The notes under the pieces were generated by a model. That model was not told the DNA's origin, did not search any database, and saw only the letters and a program-made list of their open reading frames with translations. From contig OZ251539.1 in NCBI GenBank assembly GCA_965243135.1, forward strand, positions 3,104,001-3,168,000: DNA of 64,000 bases, given 5' to 3'. This document shows, one piece after another, positions 33,157 through 48,789 of this stretch (its first letter is position 1; every line of letters starts with the position of its first letter). The position numbers and the translations under genes are program-made. The stretch is from Alphaproteobacteria bacterium (GTDB lineage Bacteria > Pseudomonadota > Alphaproteobacteria > MPNO01 > UBA830).

Positions 33157-37825
<4,669 letters not shown>

Positions 37826-38234
37826 ACGGCCTCCGCCGGTGTTTCGGCGGGACCGTCCGGCGCGCGGCGTCGACCGGCTCGCGGTCGAGGCGTTGCCCGT
37901 TCCCACGTCGCCGTGCAGGAAAACGAAAGCGTGCCGATCGCGCGTGCGGTGCGGAAGAGCGTGGATGCGCCAGGGCGTCTCGTTTCCGCCGCCCGCGGTC
38001 CGTTCGCAGAAGGGCGCGACGACCGCGGAGTCTCCGACCTACCGGCCGACGCGCCCGCGCCCTGCGTCGCGGGCGAATTGCGGACGCTCTACGCGGTTCG
38101 ACCGAAGCGCGCTCCGAATCCTTCGCGACGCCCGGAAGCGCAACCTGCCGCCGGGCAGCGGGGACGACGCGCCGTTTCCGGCGATCGACGGCCGCTTGCC
38201 GCGCAGCAGTACGAGTCGTTCCGGCGCGGCGACC

Positions 38235-40145
38235 TCATATCGAGGCGGCGGCAGCGTCCAGCCAGCTTCGCGCCGAGTCGCTCAACAGCGGCGCAAGAGT
38301 CTTCCTTACCCGCGAGTGATAAGCGTTGAGCCAGCTTCGTTCGTCGGGCGCGAGCAGGGAAGGCTCGACGAGCGCAAGGTCGACGGGAGCCAGCGTGATG
38401 GTCTCTAAACTCAGCATCCCGCCTTCGGACTCGCGCACGATCACAAGGTTCTCGATACGAATGCCGTACGCGTTCGGTTCGTAGTACCCCGGTTCGTTGG
38501 AGAGAATCATGCCGGGTTCCAACGGAGCGGCGCCGCTTTTCGCGGCGATTCTCTGCGGTCCCTCGTGAACCTCCAGATAACTGCCGACGCCGTGACCCGT
38601 GCCGTGATCGTAGTCGAGCCCGGCCTGCCATAACGAAATCCGGGCCAGAGCGTCGAGCTGACCGCCGCAGGTGCCGGCGGGAAAGCGAGCGCTCGCGATC
38701 GCGATATGCCCCTTGAGCACGCGGGTGAACCTGTCTTTCGCCTCCGGCGGAACCTCGCCCCCGGGAACGAGGACGGTTCGGGTCACGTCGGTCGTGCCGT
38801 CGAGATACTGCCCGCCCGAATCCACGAGATACAGGTCGCCCGGACGCAGCGTCCGGTCGCTTTCGGCGGTGACCCGGTAGTGAACGATCGCGCCGTTGGG
38901 TCCCGAACCCGAAATCGTTTCGAAGCTCGCGCCGCGGAAAACGTCGCCCGCTTCGCGGAAACGCCGCAGGCGATCCGCCGCCGAACGCTCGGTAACGGTT
39001 CCGGCCGGGCCGGCGCGCGAAAGCCACGCCAGAAATTCGCAGAGCGCTACGCCGTCCCGCACATGGCAGGCCCGCGCGCCGTCCAGTTCGACGCGGTTTT
39101 TCCTCGCCTTCGGCAGCAGGCAGGGATCGTCGCCTTCCGAGACCTTCGCCCCTGCGGACCGCAAACGGGTATCGACCCATACGGAGGCGGACTCCGGATC
39201 GAGGAGGACCCTGGATCCGCCCAGGGCATCGATGCGCTCCGGAAACGCGCCCGGCTCGAGAACGGACACGCCGTCGAGTCGGTCGCGAAGGTCGCCGACA
39301 AGCTTGCGTTCGTCGACGAACCACTCCACGGCGCCGTCGCCGCGCAGAATCGCGCGGCTCAGCGGCAGCGGCGCGAAAGCGACGTCGGAGCCGCGCACGT
39401 TGAGCAGCCATGCTATGGAATCCGGCTTCACGAGCACCGCGGCGTCGCAATCGGCTTCGACGACGATCCGGGCGACTTCCCGCCGCTTTTCCTCGCCGCC
39501 GCGGCCGGAGTAGCGCAGATCGTGAGGCCGAATCGGCCCGAGCGGCCGAGGAGGCTGGTCGACCCATAAAGCGTCGACAGGATTGACGTCGAGCGGAACG
39601 AGTGCCGCGGCAACGGCGTCCAGTTGCCGAAGGTCGTTCGGCGTGTGCAGCCACGGGTCGAAACCGATGCGTCCTTCCCCATGGTCTTTCAGCCACTCGG
39701 CGGGAGACGACCGCGTCAGGCGGCGCGGTTCAAGCGTTTTCGTGTCCACTTCGGATTCAACCTGCAGAGTGTATCGTCCGTCCACGAATATGGCCGCCTT
39801 GTCCGCCAGCACGACCGCCAAGCCAGCGGAGCCGGTGAAGCCGGTCAACCAGCTCAGCCGTCGCGCATGCGGCGGAATGAACTCTCCTCCGTATTCATCC
39901 GCGACAGGGACGAGGAAACCGTTCAACCCGCGCGCGGCGAGTTCCGAGCGCAGCGCCGAGATCCGATCTCGCGGCGCCGGGCCTGACGCCGGCTCTGCGC
40001 GACAGGCCTCCACCTGCCGACGCGCCTCCGCCGGATCGGCATGCGGCAGGAGTCGCGAAAGGATCCCGACGGCATCCGGGGCGCCGGTGTCGAACGCCGA
40101 AGCGGCCACGCCGCGCACCGTCTCGGCAGCGTTCCGAGGCGTCAT
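38235..40145 (-). CDS. Xaa-Pro aminopeptidase (aminopeptidase P family)
   Basis: GFTGSAG, FVDGRY, DSGGQYLDGTTDVTRT, HGTGHGVG, NEPGYY, GIRIEN. Confidence 0.92.
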   Translation of the reverse strand: MTPRNAAETVRGVAASAFDTGAPDAVGILSRLLPHADPAEARRQVEACRAEPASGPAPRDRISALRSELAARGLNGFLVPVADEYGGEFIPPHARRLSWLTGFTGSAGLAVVLADKAAIFVDGRYTLQVESEVDTKTLEPRRLTRSSPAEWLKDHGEGRIGFDPWLHTPNDLRQLDAVAAALVPLDVNPVDALWVDQPPRPLGPIRPHDLRYSGRGGEEKRREVARIVVEADCDAAVLVKPDSIAWLLNVRGSDVAFAPLPLSRAILRGDGAVEWFVDERKLVGDLRDRLDGVSVLEPGAFPERIDALGGSRVLLDPESASVWVDTRLRSAGAKVSEGDDPCLLPKARKNRVELDGARACHVRDGVALCEFLAWLSRAGPAGTVTERSAADRLRRFREAGDVFRGASFETISGSGPNGAIVHYRVTAESDRTLRPGDLYLVDSGGQYLDGTTDVTRTVLVPGGEVPPEAKDRFTRVLKGHIAIASARFPAGTCGGQLDALARISLWQAGLDYDHGTGHGVGSYLEVHEGPQRIAAKSGAAPLEPGMILSNEPGYYEPNAYGIRIENLVIVRESEGGMLSLETITLAPVDLALVEPSLLAPDERSWLNAYHSRVRKTLAPLLSDSARSWLDAAAASI

Positions 40146-40520
40146 TCGCCCTCCGCCGCAGAGCCCCTCGAACGGCGCGTTGCCCTCGCCGCCCGGTCGA
40201 CCTCGCCGGTACGGTTTCCGGCTCGGCCGAGCGAACGTCGCGCGAGGCGCGACTCAGGAAACAGCCTCATGCGTCCATTCTCCAAGAACCGATCACTGCG
40301 CACTGTCCGAGTATATCTTTTCCTGAAGGTCGCGGAAGCGCGACCGCCTTGAGGCATTTGCGCCACGCCGTTTTCTTTTCGGCCAACCTCCGGTCGGCAG
40401 GGCGCAGCAGCGAGAAGTTCCGCGCCGCGCGGCGCCGTGGCCAGGAAAGTCTCTGCACGGCGCCTTCTTGCGCTCCGGAAAGCGCGGCGAGCGGCGGCCG
40501 ACAGGGGAGGCGCCGGAAAC

Positions 40521-41378
40521 TCACCGGCGAGCCAGGCAAAGCGTGCTCCAGGAACCCACGAACACCCGGTCCGCGACCTCGAAGCTTCGCGCTTCGTAGG
40601 CCGCCGCGAGCGCATCCGCCCGATCGCCGAACAGGCCGGACAATACAACCCTGCCGTCGTCGGCGAGCGCCGCCTCGATCTCGACGGCCATGTCGGCGAG
40701 CGCCTCCTCGACGATATTGGCGACGATCAGATCGTAGGGCCGGTTGCGGCGCGCGACTTCATGGCCGAAGCCCCGACTCTCGACAACGGAAACGCGATCC
40801 GCCACGCCGTTCAATGCGACGTTTCGCCGCGCCACTTCGACCGCGACCGAATCGATGTCGCCGGCTACGACCTGCGCCCCGAAGCGCTTGGCCAGCGCGA
40901 TCGCAAGAATGCCGCTTCCGGTGCCTATGTCGGCCGCCCACGCCGGGCCCGCGCCCGGCAGCCTTTCGAACGCCCTCAGACAACCCTCCGTCGTCTCGTG
41001 ACGCCCGGTGCCGAAGGCCAGCCCGGCGTCGATGCGAATGGCCACAAGGCCTCGGGGCGGCTCCTCCGAGACATGCGAACCGGCAACGTAGTACCGGTCG
41101 ATCTGCAGCGGAGGCGACGACTCCCTGTAAGCCGCGATCCAATCGATCTCTTCGGTGCGCCTGAAGGAAACGGACCGCGCGCCTCCGGCCGCCGACAGCG
41201 CCCGTTCGACATCGGCGAACGCCGGCTTCGCGCGGAAATACCCCGTAACTCGCCACGTCTCCGAGGACTCGTCGACGAAGGCGGCGACCGCGACCGCGAG
41301 TTCTTCGAGCGCCGCCTCGAAAACGGGCAGGCGAGACCTGTCCGCGAACTCGACGACCACCTCCCACGCCCCGCTCAT
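40521..41378 (-). CDS. prmA: Ribosomal protein L11 methyltransferase
   Basis: IDAGLAFGTGRHETT, DIGTGSGILAIA, DLIVANI, VLSGL. Confidence 0.9.
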   Translation of the reverse strand: MSGAWEVVVEFADRSRLPVFEAALEELAVAVAAFVDESSETWRVTGYFRAKPAFADVERALSAAGGARSVSFRRTEEIDWIAAYRESSPPLQIDRYYVAGSHVSEEPPRGLVAIRIDAGLAFGTGRHETTEGCLRAFERLPGAGPAWAADIGTGSGILAIALAKRFGAQVVAGDIDSVAVEVARRNVALNGVADRVSVVESRGFGHEVARRNRPYDLIVANIVEEALADMAVEIEAALADDGRVVLSGLFGDRADALAAAYEARSFEVADRVFVGSWSTLCLARR

Positions 41379-43552
41379 GCGGGTTTCACGGAGCTCGCCT
41401 CGACCTCCTTGTCACCGGCTTTCTCGAACGCAACCCCCAGCACGCCGCCTCGGCGGTACCGCACCGTGCCGTATCCGAATTTCTGGTGAAAGACGCGCAT
41501 GCCCTCCGTTAGCCGCCCTTCCCTCGACCGGCGGCCGCGGCGGCGCGCCATCATGCGCCGATATCCAGGTCCCCGGCCGGGGCGGGCGCGGTCCGGTTCC
41601 GCCGCCCCCGCCGAGCTCCTCCCTTGCGTCCTTTCAACGTCCGGCGAATTCAGTTCGTCGACGAACCGCGACACCGGAGCGGCCACCCAGTTGTTGTGCA
41701 CGCGTCGACTCGCAGCGTAGGAAACCCATACCCGGCGCTTGGCGCGGGTGATCCCGACATAAGCCAGCCGACGCTCCTCTTCCAGCGCAGCGTCCTTCCT
41801 TTCTTCCAGGGAACGGCGATTGGGAAAGATGTTTTCTTCCCACGCCGGAAGAAATACGTGCGCGAACTCCAATCCCTTGGCCGCATGCAACGTCATGAGG
41901 CTGACCATCTCGGGACCGCCGCTCTCTTCGCGATCCATCACGAGGCTGACATGTTCGAGGAATTCGGGCAGCGACCGGAATTCGGAGATCGCCGACACGA
42001 GTTCCTCCAGGTTCTCGATCCGGCCGGGCGCATCGATGCCCGGATCCGCCTTCCACATCGCCGCGTAGCCGGATTCTTCCAGTACGACCTCGGCCAGTTC
42101 CTCGGGGGGGACCTTCATCGCGCGCCAACGGTCAAGCTGCTCGATCAACCCGCCCAACGCGGCGCGGGCGCGGGCCGGCGCTCCGCCAGCCTCGATCAGT
42201 TGGCGGACAGCCTTCTGCAGCGGCGCCGACCGGTCGCGCGCGAAAGCGCGCAACGTCGTAAGCGTAGCCTCGCCGATCCCGCGGCGCGGGACGTTTACGA
42301 TGCGCTCCAGCGCCAGATCGTCGGCCGGATGAGCGACCGCGCGAAGATAGGCGACCGCATCCCGGATTTCCCGGCGTTCGTAGAACCGCGGTCCGCCGAC
42401 CACCCGGTAGGGCACGGCGATATCGAGCAGGCGATCCTCGAACTCTCGCATAAGGAAAGACGCGCGCACCAGTATCGCCACCTCGTCGAGCGACTCGGCC
42501 CGGCGTTGCAATTCCAAAATCCTTTCTCCGACGAAGGCGGCTTCCGCCTCGCCGCTCTGAAACGAGCGCACCGCCACCGGATGGCCGTCTCTCGCGTCGG
42601 TCCAGAGAGTCTTGCCCAACCGCTTGCGATTGCGCGAGATCACTTGCGAGGCGGCGTCAAGCAACGGCTGCGTCGACCGGTAGTTCTGCTCGAGCCGCAC
42701 GACCCGCGCTCCGGGAAACTCCTGCTCGAACCGCAGGATGTTGCCGACTTCGGCGCCGCGCCAACTGTAAATCGACTGATCGTCGTCGCCGACGCAACAA
42801 ATGTTGTTGCGCCCCTGCGCCAGCAACCGCAGCCAGAGGTACTGCGCGACGTTCGAGTCCTGATATTCGTCGACGAGAATGTAGCGAAACCGGTCCGCCC
42901 ACGAAGCGAGGACCTCGGAATTTTCCCTGAAGAGAGTTACGCAATGCAACAGCAGGTCGCCGAAGTCGACCGCGTTGAGCGTCGTCAGGCGGTCCTGATA
43001 CGACCGGTAGAGCGAGCCGATTCGCCCGTCCGCGAACGCGCCGTTCGACGAGCCGTCCTCCTCCGGCGCGAGTCCCCGATCCTTGAGGCGTTCTATCTCG
43101 GCGTGAACGGCGCGGGCCGGCCATTGCTTCTCGTCGATCTTCTCTTCGCCGCAAATCCGTTTGACCAGCCGAATCTGATCGTCCTGATCGAGGATGGTGA
43201 AATCCGCGCCGAGGCCGACTAGCCCGGCGTGGCGGCGCAGAATGCGGGCCGCGACCGAATGAAACGTGCCGATCCAGAGGCCGTCCACCGAGCTTCCGAT
43301 CATCGCGGCGACGCGGTCCGACATCTCGCGCGCGGCCTTGTTGGTGAACGTCACCGCCAGAATCTGTTCGGGCCAGGCGCGGCGCGTTTTCAGTATGTGC
43401 GCGATTCGCGTGGTAAGCACCCTGGTCTTGCCGGTGCCTGCCCCGGCAAGCACCAGAAGCGGTCCGTCGACGGCTTCGACGGCCTCGCGCTGCGGCCCGT
43501 TCAGCCTTTCGAAATACGGCGGCGCGTCCGAGGCATGGAGATCGTTGCTCAT
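41375..43552 (-). CDS. uvrD: UvrD/PcrA SF1 DNA helicase
   Basis: LAGAGTGKT, VDEYQD, VGDDDQSIY, LEQNYRST, HAAKGLEF, EERRLAYVGITRA. Confidence 0.95.
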   Translation of the reverse strand: MSNDLHASDAPPYFERLNGPQREAVEAVDGPLLVLAGAGTGKTRVLTTRIAHILKTRRAWPEQILAVTFTNKAAREMSDRVAAMIGSSVDGLWIGTFHSVAARILRRHAGLVGLGADFTILDQDDQIRLVKRICGEEKIDEKQWPARAVHAEIERLKDRGLAPEEDGSSNGAFADGRIGSLYRSYQDRLTTLNAVDFGDLLLHCVTLFRENSEVLASWADRFRYILVDEYQDSNVAQYLWLRLLAQGRNNICCVGDDDQSIYSWRGAEVGNILRFEQEFPGARVVRLEQNYRSTQPLLDAASQVISRNRKRLGKTLWTDARDGHPVAVRSFQSGEAEAAFVGERILELQRRAESLDEVAILVRASFLMREFEDRLLDIAVPYRVVGGPRFYERREIRDAVAYLRAVAHPADDLALERIVNVPRRGIGEATLTTLRAFARDRSAPLQKAVRQLIEAGGAPARARAALGGLIEQLDRWRAMKVPPEELAEVVLEESGYAAMWKADPGIDAPGRIENLEELVSAISEFRSLPEFLEHVSLVMDREESGGPEMVSLMTLHAAKGLEFAHVFLPAWEENIFPNRRSLEERKDAALEEERRLAYVGITRAKRRVWVSYAASRRVHNNWVAAPVSRFVDELNSPDVERTQGRSSAGAAEPDRARPGRGPGYRRMMARRRGRRSREGRLTEGMRVFHQKFGYGTVRYRRGGVLGVAFEKAGDKEVEASSVKPA

Positions 43553-43662
43553 GGAGGAATCAGCCGCCTTCGCGCAGCGGTTGGACTATCGCGCCGACCG
43601 GCCTATCTTGAAGACGGCAGCCGCGCATTGCGGAATGTCGCGTTCCCTGTGGAGGCGCCGAC

Positions 43663-44640
43663 ATGAATCGCATCCTTTATACCCTCCTTGCCATTGTTCT
43701 GCCATTGACGGCGACGGCGCAGCCTTCCCCGGCGCTTCTTTCTTCGATCGTCAAGATCAACGCGACGATATCGGAGGAGGCGCGGACCGCTTCGGGCCTC
43801 GGGACCGAACGGGAGGGCAACGGAGTGCTCATCGACGACGACGGGCTGATCGTCACGATCGGATACCTGATCCTCGAAGCGATCGCGGTAAAGGTGGAGT
43901 TCGCGGGCGGCGTCGTGAAGACGGCCGAGATCGTGGCCTACGACCACGACACCGGTTTCGGCCTGGTGCGAACGCGGCCGCCGCCCGGCGTGGCCTCGCT
44001 GGATCTCGGACGTTCCGGCGACCTCGAGCCGGGCCAGCAAGTGCTGGTGGCGGGGTTCGGCGGACAGGACGATGCGATGGGAGCGCTCGTCGTCGACCGG
44101 CGCGAGTTCGCCGGATACTGGGAATATTTGCTCAAGAACGCGATCTTCGTTTCGCCTCCCTACCCGCGGTTCGGCGGCGCGGCCCTCATCGACGGCCGGG
44201 GCGAACTGGTCGGCATCGGCTCGCTCATCGTTCCCAACGCCCTCGAACGGAACGACGGTATCGTGCCCGGCAACATGTTCGTTCCGATCGACGCGCTGAA
44301 GGCGGTCCTCGGCGACCTGATCGCCCACGGCCGATCCCTTCGCCGCAACCGTCCCTGGCTCGGCTTGCAGTCGGAAGCGGTGCGCGGCCGCATTTTCGTC
44401 GCGCGGGTGCCGAAAAGCGGCCCGGCGTGGGCGGCCGGCATCCGGCCCGGCGATCTGGTGCTGAGCGTCGCCGACAAGCCGGTCGAAAGCCTCGCGGATT
44501 TCTATCGCGAAATCTGGGCCCTCGGCGAACCGGGCGTGGTCGTGCCCCTGCGGATATTGCGCGGCAATGCGCTGCAGGATCTCGATATCCGTTCCATCGA
44601 CAGGTCCGATTGGCTGAAACCGTCGCCGAATCGCTCCTGA
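43663..44640 (+). CDS. Trypsin-like (S1C) serine protease-family protein with PDZ domain
   Basis: Signal peptide, REGNGVLI, VTIGYLILEA, FAGYWEYLL, GGAALID..GELVGIGSL, RPWLG + PDZ. Confidence 0.8.
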   Translation: MNRILYTLLAIVLPLTATAQPSPALLSSIVKINATISEEARTASGLGTEREGNGVLIDDDGLIVTIGYLILEAIAVKVEFAGGVVKTAEIVAYDHDTGFGLVRTRPPPGVASLDLGRSGDLEPGQQVLVAGFGGQDDAMGALVVDRREFAGYWEYLLKNAIFVSPPYPRFGGAALIDGRGELVGIGSLIVPNALERNDGIVPGNMFVPIDALKAVLGDLIAHGRSLRRNRPWLGLQSEAVRGRIFVARVPKSGPAWAAGIRPGDLVLSVADKPVESLADFYREIWALGEPGVVVPLRILRGNALQDLDIRSIDRSDWLKPSPNRS

Positions 44641-44738
44641 CGAGCCGGGGGGCGCTCGCGGCGAAGGGCGGGGTCGTCCTCTCTCGCGAAACGAATCCTC
44701 GAGATGACCCGGAGCCGGCGGCGGAACGCGCGGCGGCT

Positions 44739-46490
44739 TCATACCTCGCCGCGCTCTTCGCGGCGCGCGTCAACGAGCGCCCGGTTGTACACCTGCATCA
44801 CGTCGATCTCGTGAACGAAGCCCACAAGCCGCATCGTCTCGTGATTCTCGACGACGGCGAGATGCTCTTCGCCGACAGTGCGCATCGTCTTCAGCGCATG
44901 CTCCAGGCTATCCTCCTGCCGCAGCGTCGGAGGATGAAGGCGCGCGACGTCGCCGGCGTTGACGACGTCGTCGATCGAATGGTCGAATGCGCCCTCCGCC
45001 AGATCGGCAAGCGTTATCGTGCCCTCCAGCGCTCCTTGGGCGTTCACCACGAACAGTTCCCCGTGCGGCGCCGCCAGAAGCCTTTCCCGGATTCCGTTCA
45101 TGTCCAGCGAGGGGTCGACGACGGTGAAATCGCGGCTCATCACGTCGGCCACGCGCGTCGACTCCATCAGGCTCAGCTCGCGGGCGCCCTTGAGCGTGAC
45201 GCCGCGCCGGTCAAGCTGCCACATGAAGAACGATTGGCCGCGCACCTGCTGGGTAATCACCGTCGCGATGACCACCGCCACCATGACGGCGATGGTAAGC
45301 GCGTAATTGGCGGTCAACTCGAACACGATCAATATGGTCGACACGGGCGCGCCGAGAACGGCTCCCGAAACCGCCCCCAGTCCGACCAGCGTGTAGGCCG
45401 AATGGCCGGACGACAGCTCGGGGAATATCTGCGTCGCCACGATGCCGAACGCGCCGCCCACCATCGCGCCGATGAACAGCGACGGGCTGAACACGCCGCC
45501 GCCGAATCCGCAGCCCAGGCAGACCGCGGTCGCGGCCGTCTTCGCCGCGATCAACGCGACCAGGATGGCGAGATCGTATCGGCCCTGAAGCGCCTCGTCG
45601 GTGGCCTCGTACCCCACCCCCAGCACCTGCGGAAAGGCGAGCGCGATAACGCCGACGCACAGCCCGGCCGCCATCGGTCGAGCCCATCCGGGCACCCGCA
45701 ACCTGTCCGCGGCCTCCGCCGCGAACGCGATCGAACGGAGAAGAATGATCGCGGTCAGCGCGCAAACGCCGCCCAGAAGCGCGAACGCGGGAAGTTCCCA
45801 GAAGGAGACGATCGACTGGTCGGGAATGATGAACGCCGGAAAGTCCCCGAAATAAAGCCGGGAGATCATGGTGCCGGCCACGCTCGCGATCACGATCGGC
45901 GCAAACGCGCTGAGCGCGTAGTGGCCGACCACCACCTCGAGCGCGAAAAACACTCCGGCGATGGGCGCGTTGAACGATGCGGCGACCGCGGAAGCTACGC
46001 CGCAGCCAAGCAGCGTCACGGCCTGCGATCTGCTGAGGCGCAGCCGGGTCGCGACGAAGGACGACAGCGTCGCCCCGAGGTGAACGACCGGTCCCTCGCG
46101 CCCGACCGAAGCGCCGACGCCTATGGACGCTGCGCTGACGGCGGCGGCGCTCAACCCCTCCCGCAGCGTGATCCTGCCGGATCGCAGCGCGGCCGCCTCC
46201 ATTACGTCGGCGACTCCCCGGTTTCGCCGGCCCGGCATCAGGTAATGGACGAAGAGGCCGATCGCCAGCCCTCCCAGCGTCGGCACCGCGACGAGTTGCC
46301 ATTTCGGCAGGTCGCCGGCGAAAAACGACATCGCCTCCAGCGATCCCCCGAACGCGCCGGCCTGCGCGAGGACCACGACCTCGCGAAACACGACCGCGCC
46401 GAACGCGGCCGCCGAGCCCGCGACGATCGCGAGCAGAATCAGCACGGCTTGCCGATTGTAGACGATCCGGTGCACGGCCAGCCGCGTCAT
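44739..46490 (-). CDS. ClC family chloride channel/antiporter with tandem CBS domains
   Basis: GREGPVVH, FNAPIAG..FALE, GGVFSPSLFIGA, C-terminal CBS pair; start MTRLAV. Confidence 0.9.
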   Translation of the reverse strand: MTRLAVHRIVYNRQAVLILLAIVAGSAAAFGAVVFREVVVLAQAGAFGGSLEAMSFFAGDLPKWQLVAVPTLGGLAIGLFVHYLMPGRRNRGVADVMEAAALRSGRITLREGLSAAAVSAASIGVGASVGREGPVVHLGATLSSFVATRLRLSRSQAVTLLGCGVASAVAASFNAPIAGVFFALEVVVGHYALSAFAPIVIASVAGTMISRLYFGDFPAFIIPDQSIVSFWELPAFALLGGVCALTAIILLRSIAFAAEAADRLRVPGWARPMAAGLCVGVIALAFPQVLGVGYEATDEALQGRYDLAILVALIAAKTAATAVCLGCGFGGGVFSPSLFIGAMVGGAFGIVATQIFPELSSGHSAYTLVGLGAVSGAVLGAPVSTILIVFELTANYALTIAVMVAVVIATVITQQVRGQSFFMWQLDRRGVTLKGARELSLMESTRVADVMSRDFTVVDPSLDMNGIRERLLAAPHGELFVVNAQGALEGTITLADLAEGAFDHSIDDVVNAGDVARLHPPTLRQEDSLEHALKTMRTVGEEHLAVVENHETMRLVGFVHEIDVMQVYNRALVDARREERGEV

Positions 46491-46892
46491 GCTCCGACGC
46501 CCGACGGAAGGACGGCCCGAACGGCAAGCGCTTCGCAAAATGGATTCAACGGGTTGAAAACCATCCTGTCATACGTATCGCGCTCCGCTAACGGCGAAAA
46601 GCAAAAAATGCAGATCCCTCGGGCAGTTCGATCGGCCGGGACGCCGCGCTGCCTTGCCCGGACGGGCAAAAGGCAACCGAACTCGGCGGAAACGAAAGGA
46701 CGTCAGCGTCTCCGGAAGAGCGAGACTCCGCGCAAATCGTCGGGACGGATTATTCGGAGCGTCTTCGCGCATGAAATCACGTTCTTGCGCGTGAACGTTC
46801 CGGCGGAGACGCCGGGTTTCTCCGGGTCGGTGGACGAGCCCGAGTCGAAGGAAACGTACGGGATCGCGGAAACGGCATTTCCACTTCGGCCA

Positions 46893-48389
46893 TCAGAACA
46901 GACGCCTGAAGGAAAGCTCGCCCCGGGTTCGCCGATAATCGAAAACTTCGGCGATGTTCGTTGCGCGCCGTTCGTGAACCACCGACAGCGCCGGAACGAA
47001 ACCGAACAGCTCCAGATTGTCATTGGAGGCGGTCGCCCGGGAAATCGACAACCGGTCACGGCGCGCATTCGGGGTAATCAGAAAATAACCCGGTTCGTCG
47101 TAACGCGTGAAAAGCACATCGTGAAAAAATCCGATTTCGAACCCCCTGACGCCGAGAAGCGGCGGCAGGTCGGCGGCGCCATAAACGCCGAGACGCCGGG
47201 TAGCGCTTCTGAGCCTCCTGCTTTTCGCGCGGGAGCTTTGCCAGCCGCCGCGCATGCCGAGGTTCACCGCCGGAGTCAGGGCGTAGTTCAACCCGAGATC
47301 GAAATCCAGACGAGGGCCGTCGCTGCCCGTGTTGGCCCTGTAACGCCGCTCCATCCGCTCGCTTCCCCCACTGAGCCACAACTGGTCGCCGATCCGAATT
47401 CCGCCCTGGATACGGGGTCCGAAGCCGCGGCTTACCGGATCTCCGGCGAACCATCGGCGGTCGGCCTTGGCAAGCAGGCTGGCGCGGGCGCGCGGAAACA
47501 GAAACTGCATTCCTCCATCGACCGCGACGGTCATATCGTCGAATCGCCGCCCGCCATGTTCGCGCCTGTAAACGGAACCGCCCAGACGAAGCCGAGTCGC
47601 CAAATCTTCGAAAAGCGTCACGGGATGCCTGTACCCGCCTGCGGCAGAGACTATGACTCCAATGCCGGAGGTCCTGCGCTGCCCCTCGTCAAGACGGAAT
47701 TCCAGCGGCTCTCCGGTGAACAAGTTGACCAAGCGGGAGGAGAACGTGCGGGCGGAAGTCCCCGCATTGACATTGGTGTCGGGCGCGACCGACATTCCGA
47801 AAGACCCCGACACGCGTTTGCGCACCTGGATGGCGGCGAGAAACCGCGAGACGGCTACGGCTATGCGCTGCGGCAGTTCGCCGGCCAGCGCGCGCCGGAA
47901 ATGATAGGCGGCCGCATCGCAATCGTCGCCGAGCAAATGTTCCAGGAGGTCGTCGGGTTCCGCCAGACAGCGGCCGCGCTCGAACAGGACCCGCGCGAGT
48001 TCGAGCCGCGCTCCGGCCAAGTCGGGCCGACGATCGACGATGTGGCGGTAGCTGTCGACCGCTTCGTCGCGCAGCGCCCGGCGGGCGTCGCGGTCCGCAG
48101 GCGCGCCGGGCCGGCCCTCAGGCAGACCGGCCGCGGCCGCGGCAGCCATGCCGCGAAAGAAATAGACGTCGGTGTTTTCCGGATGGTCATCGACCAAAGG
48201 CCGCAGCAGGTCGAGCGCCCCGGCCGGGTCGCCGGAAAAAATCATCTTTCGAGCCCGTTCCACGGCAGAGTTCAGTTCGCCGGCAGCGGTGCCGTTCTGA
48301 CCCGGCGCCGGACTGGCGCAGAGCGCGACGGCAGCCGTCAGGGCAATCCGGAAAAATCTACGCAATGAATCCAGTCCTTCACGCTTCAC
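46893..48389 (-). CDS. Slam-like (DUF560) outer membrane translocon, type XI secretion, copy 1
   Basis: Signal peptide, TPR region with ARLELARVLF, APDTNVN barrel start, alternating beta strands, terminal F (SFRRLF); downstream of a TbpB-like lipoprotein. Confidence 0.8.
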   Translation of the reverse strand: MKREGLDSLRRFFRIALTAAVALCASPAPGQNGTAAGELNSAVERARKMIFSGDPAGALDLLRPLVDDHPENTDVYFFRGMAAAAAAGLPEGRPGAPADRDARRALRDEAVDSYRHIVDRRPDLAGARLELARVLFERGRCLAEPDDLLEHLLGDDCDAAAYHFRRALAGELPQRIAVAVSRFLAAIQVRKRVSGSFGMSVAPDTNVNAGTSARTFSSRLVNLFTGEPLEFRLDEGQRRTSGIGVIVSAAGGYRHPVTLFEDLATRLRLGGSVYRREHGGRRFDDMTVAVDGGMQFLFPRARASLLAKADRRWFAGDPVSRGFGPRIQGGIRIGDQLWLSGGSERMERRYRANTGSDGPRLDFDLGLNYALTPAVNLGMRGGWQSSRAKSRRLRSATRRLGVYGAADLPPLLGVRGFEIGFFHDVLFTRYDEPGYFLITPNARRDRLSISRATASNDNLELFGFVPALSVVHERRATNIAEVFDYRRTRGELSFRRLF

Positions 48390-48789
48390 CGAAAGGCGGG
48401 AACAATAAAATAAACCCGAAGAAGGCGAATTGAAAACTGCCGGCGGCCGGGTTAGCCGCCCCGCGCTTGGCGGCGAAACTGCCGACTGACGGGCTGCCTG
48501 ACCCTCGCCGCTCCGGACCGAAATCGCCTGATCTTATCCCCGACGAACGTAAATCCGAACCATGCGCCTTCTTTCGGAAAGGGCATGGCGTTGTCCGAAT
48601 TTCGCGATGCGATCTCCGCCGAAGTTTCCTTCGCTACCGCGCCCCCGGCTAACGCAAGAAACCATCGATATTCGGCGCCGCCTCCATCTTGGCAGCCATG
48701 TGAAATCTCCACAGAGAGCCTCCTCACCACCGTGCACCGCGACGAGACGCCCCCGACTCCCGACGGAGTCGAGGGCGTCTGCGTGCGGG

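Noticed and set aside
37826-38234. GC-rich hairpin-prone intergenic stretch (similar ones at 3300-3760 and 54920-55270) as ncRNA
   Set aside because: No recognisable family motif; stems are expected at this GC content
46490-46890. Fluoride riboswitch / fluoride-specific ClC
   Set aside because: No crcB-motif consensus seen upstream; protein has GREGP and GGVFSP rather than fluoride-type GREGT/GEVTP
43266-48368. 1700-aa plus-strand ORF
   Set aside because: Overlaps the protease out of frame and runs antisense to uvrD, ClC and Slam genes; Arg/Ala-rich shadow ORF typical of high GC
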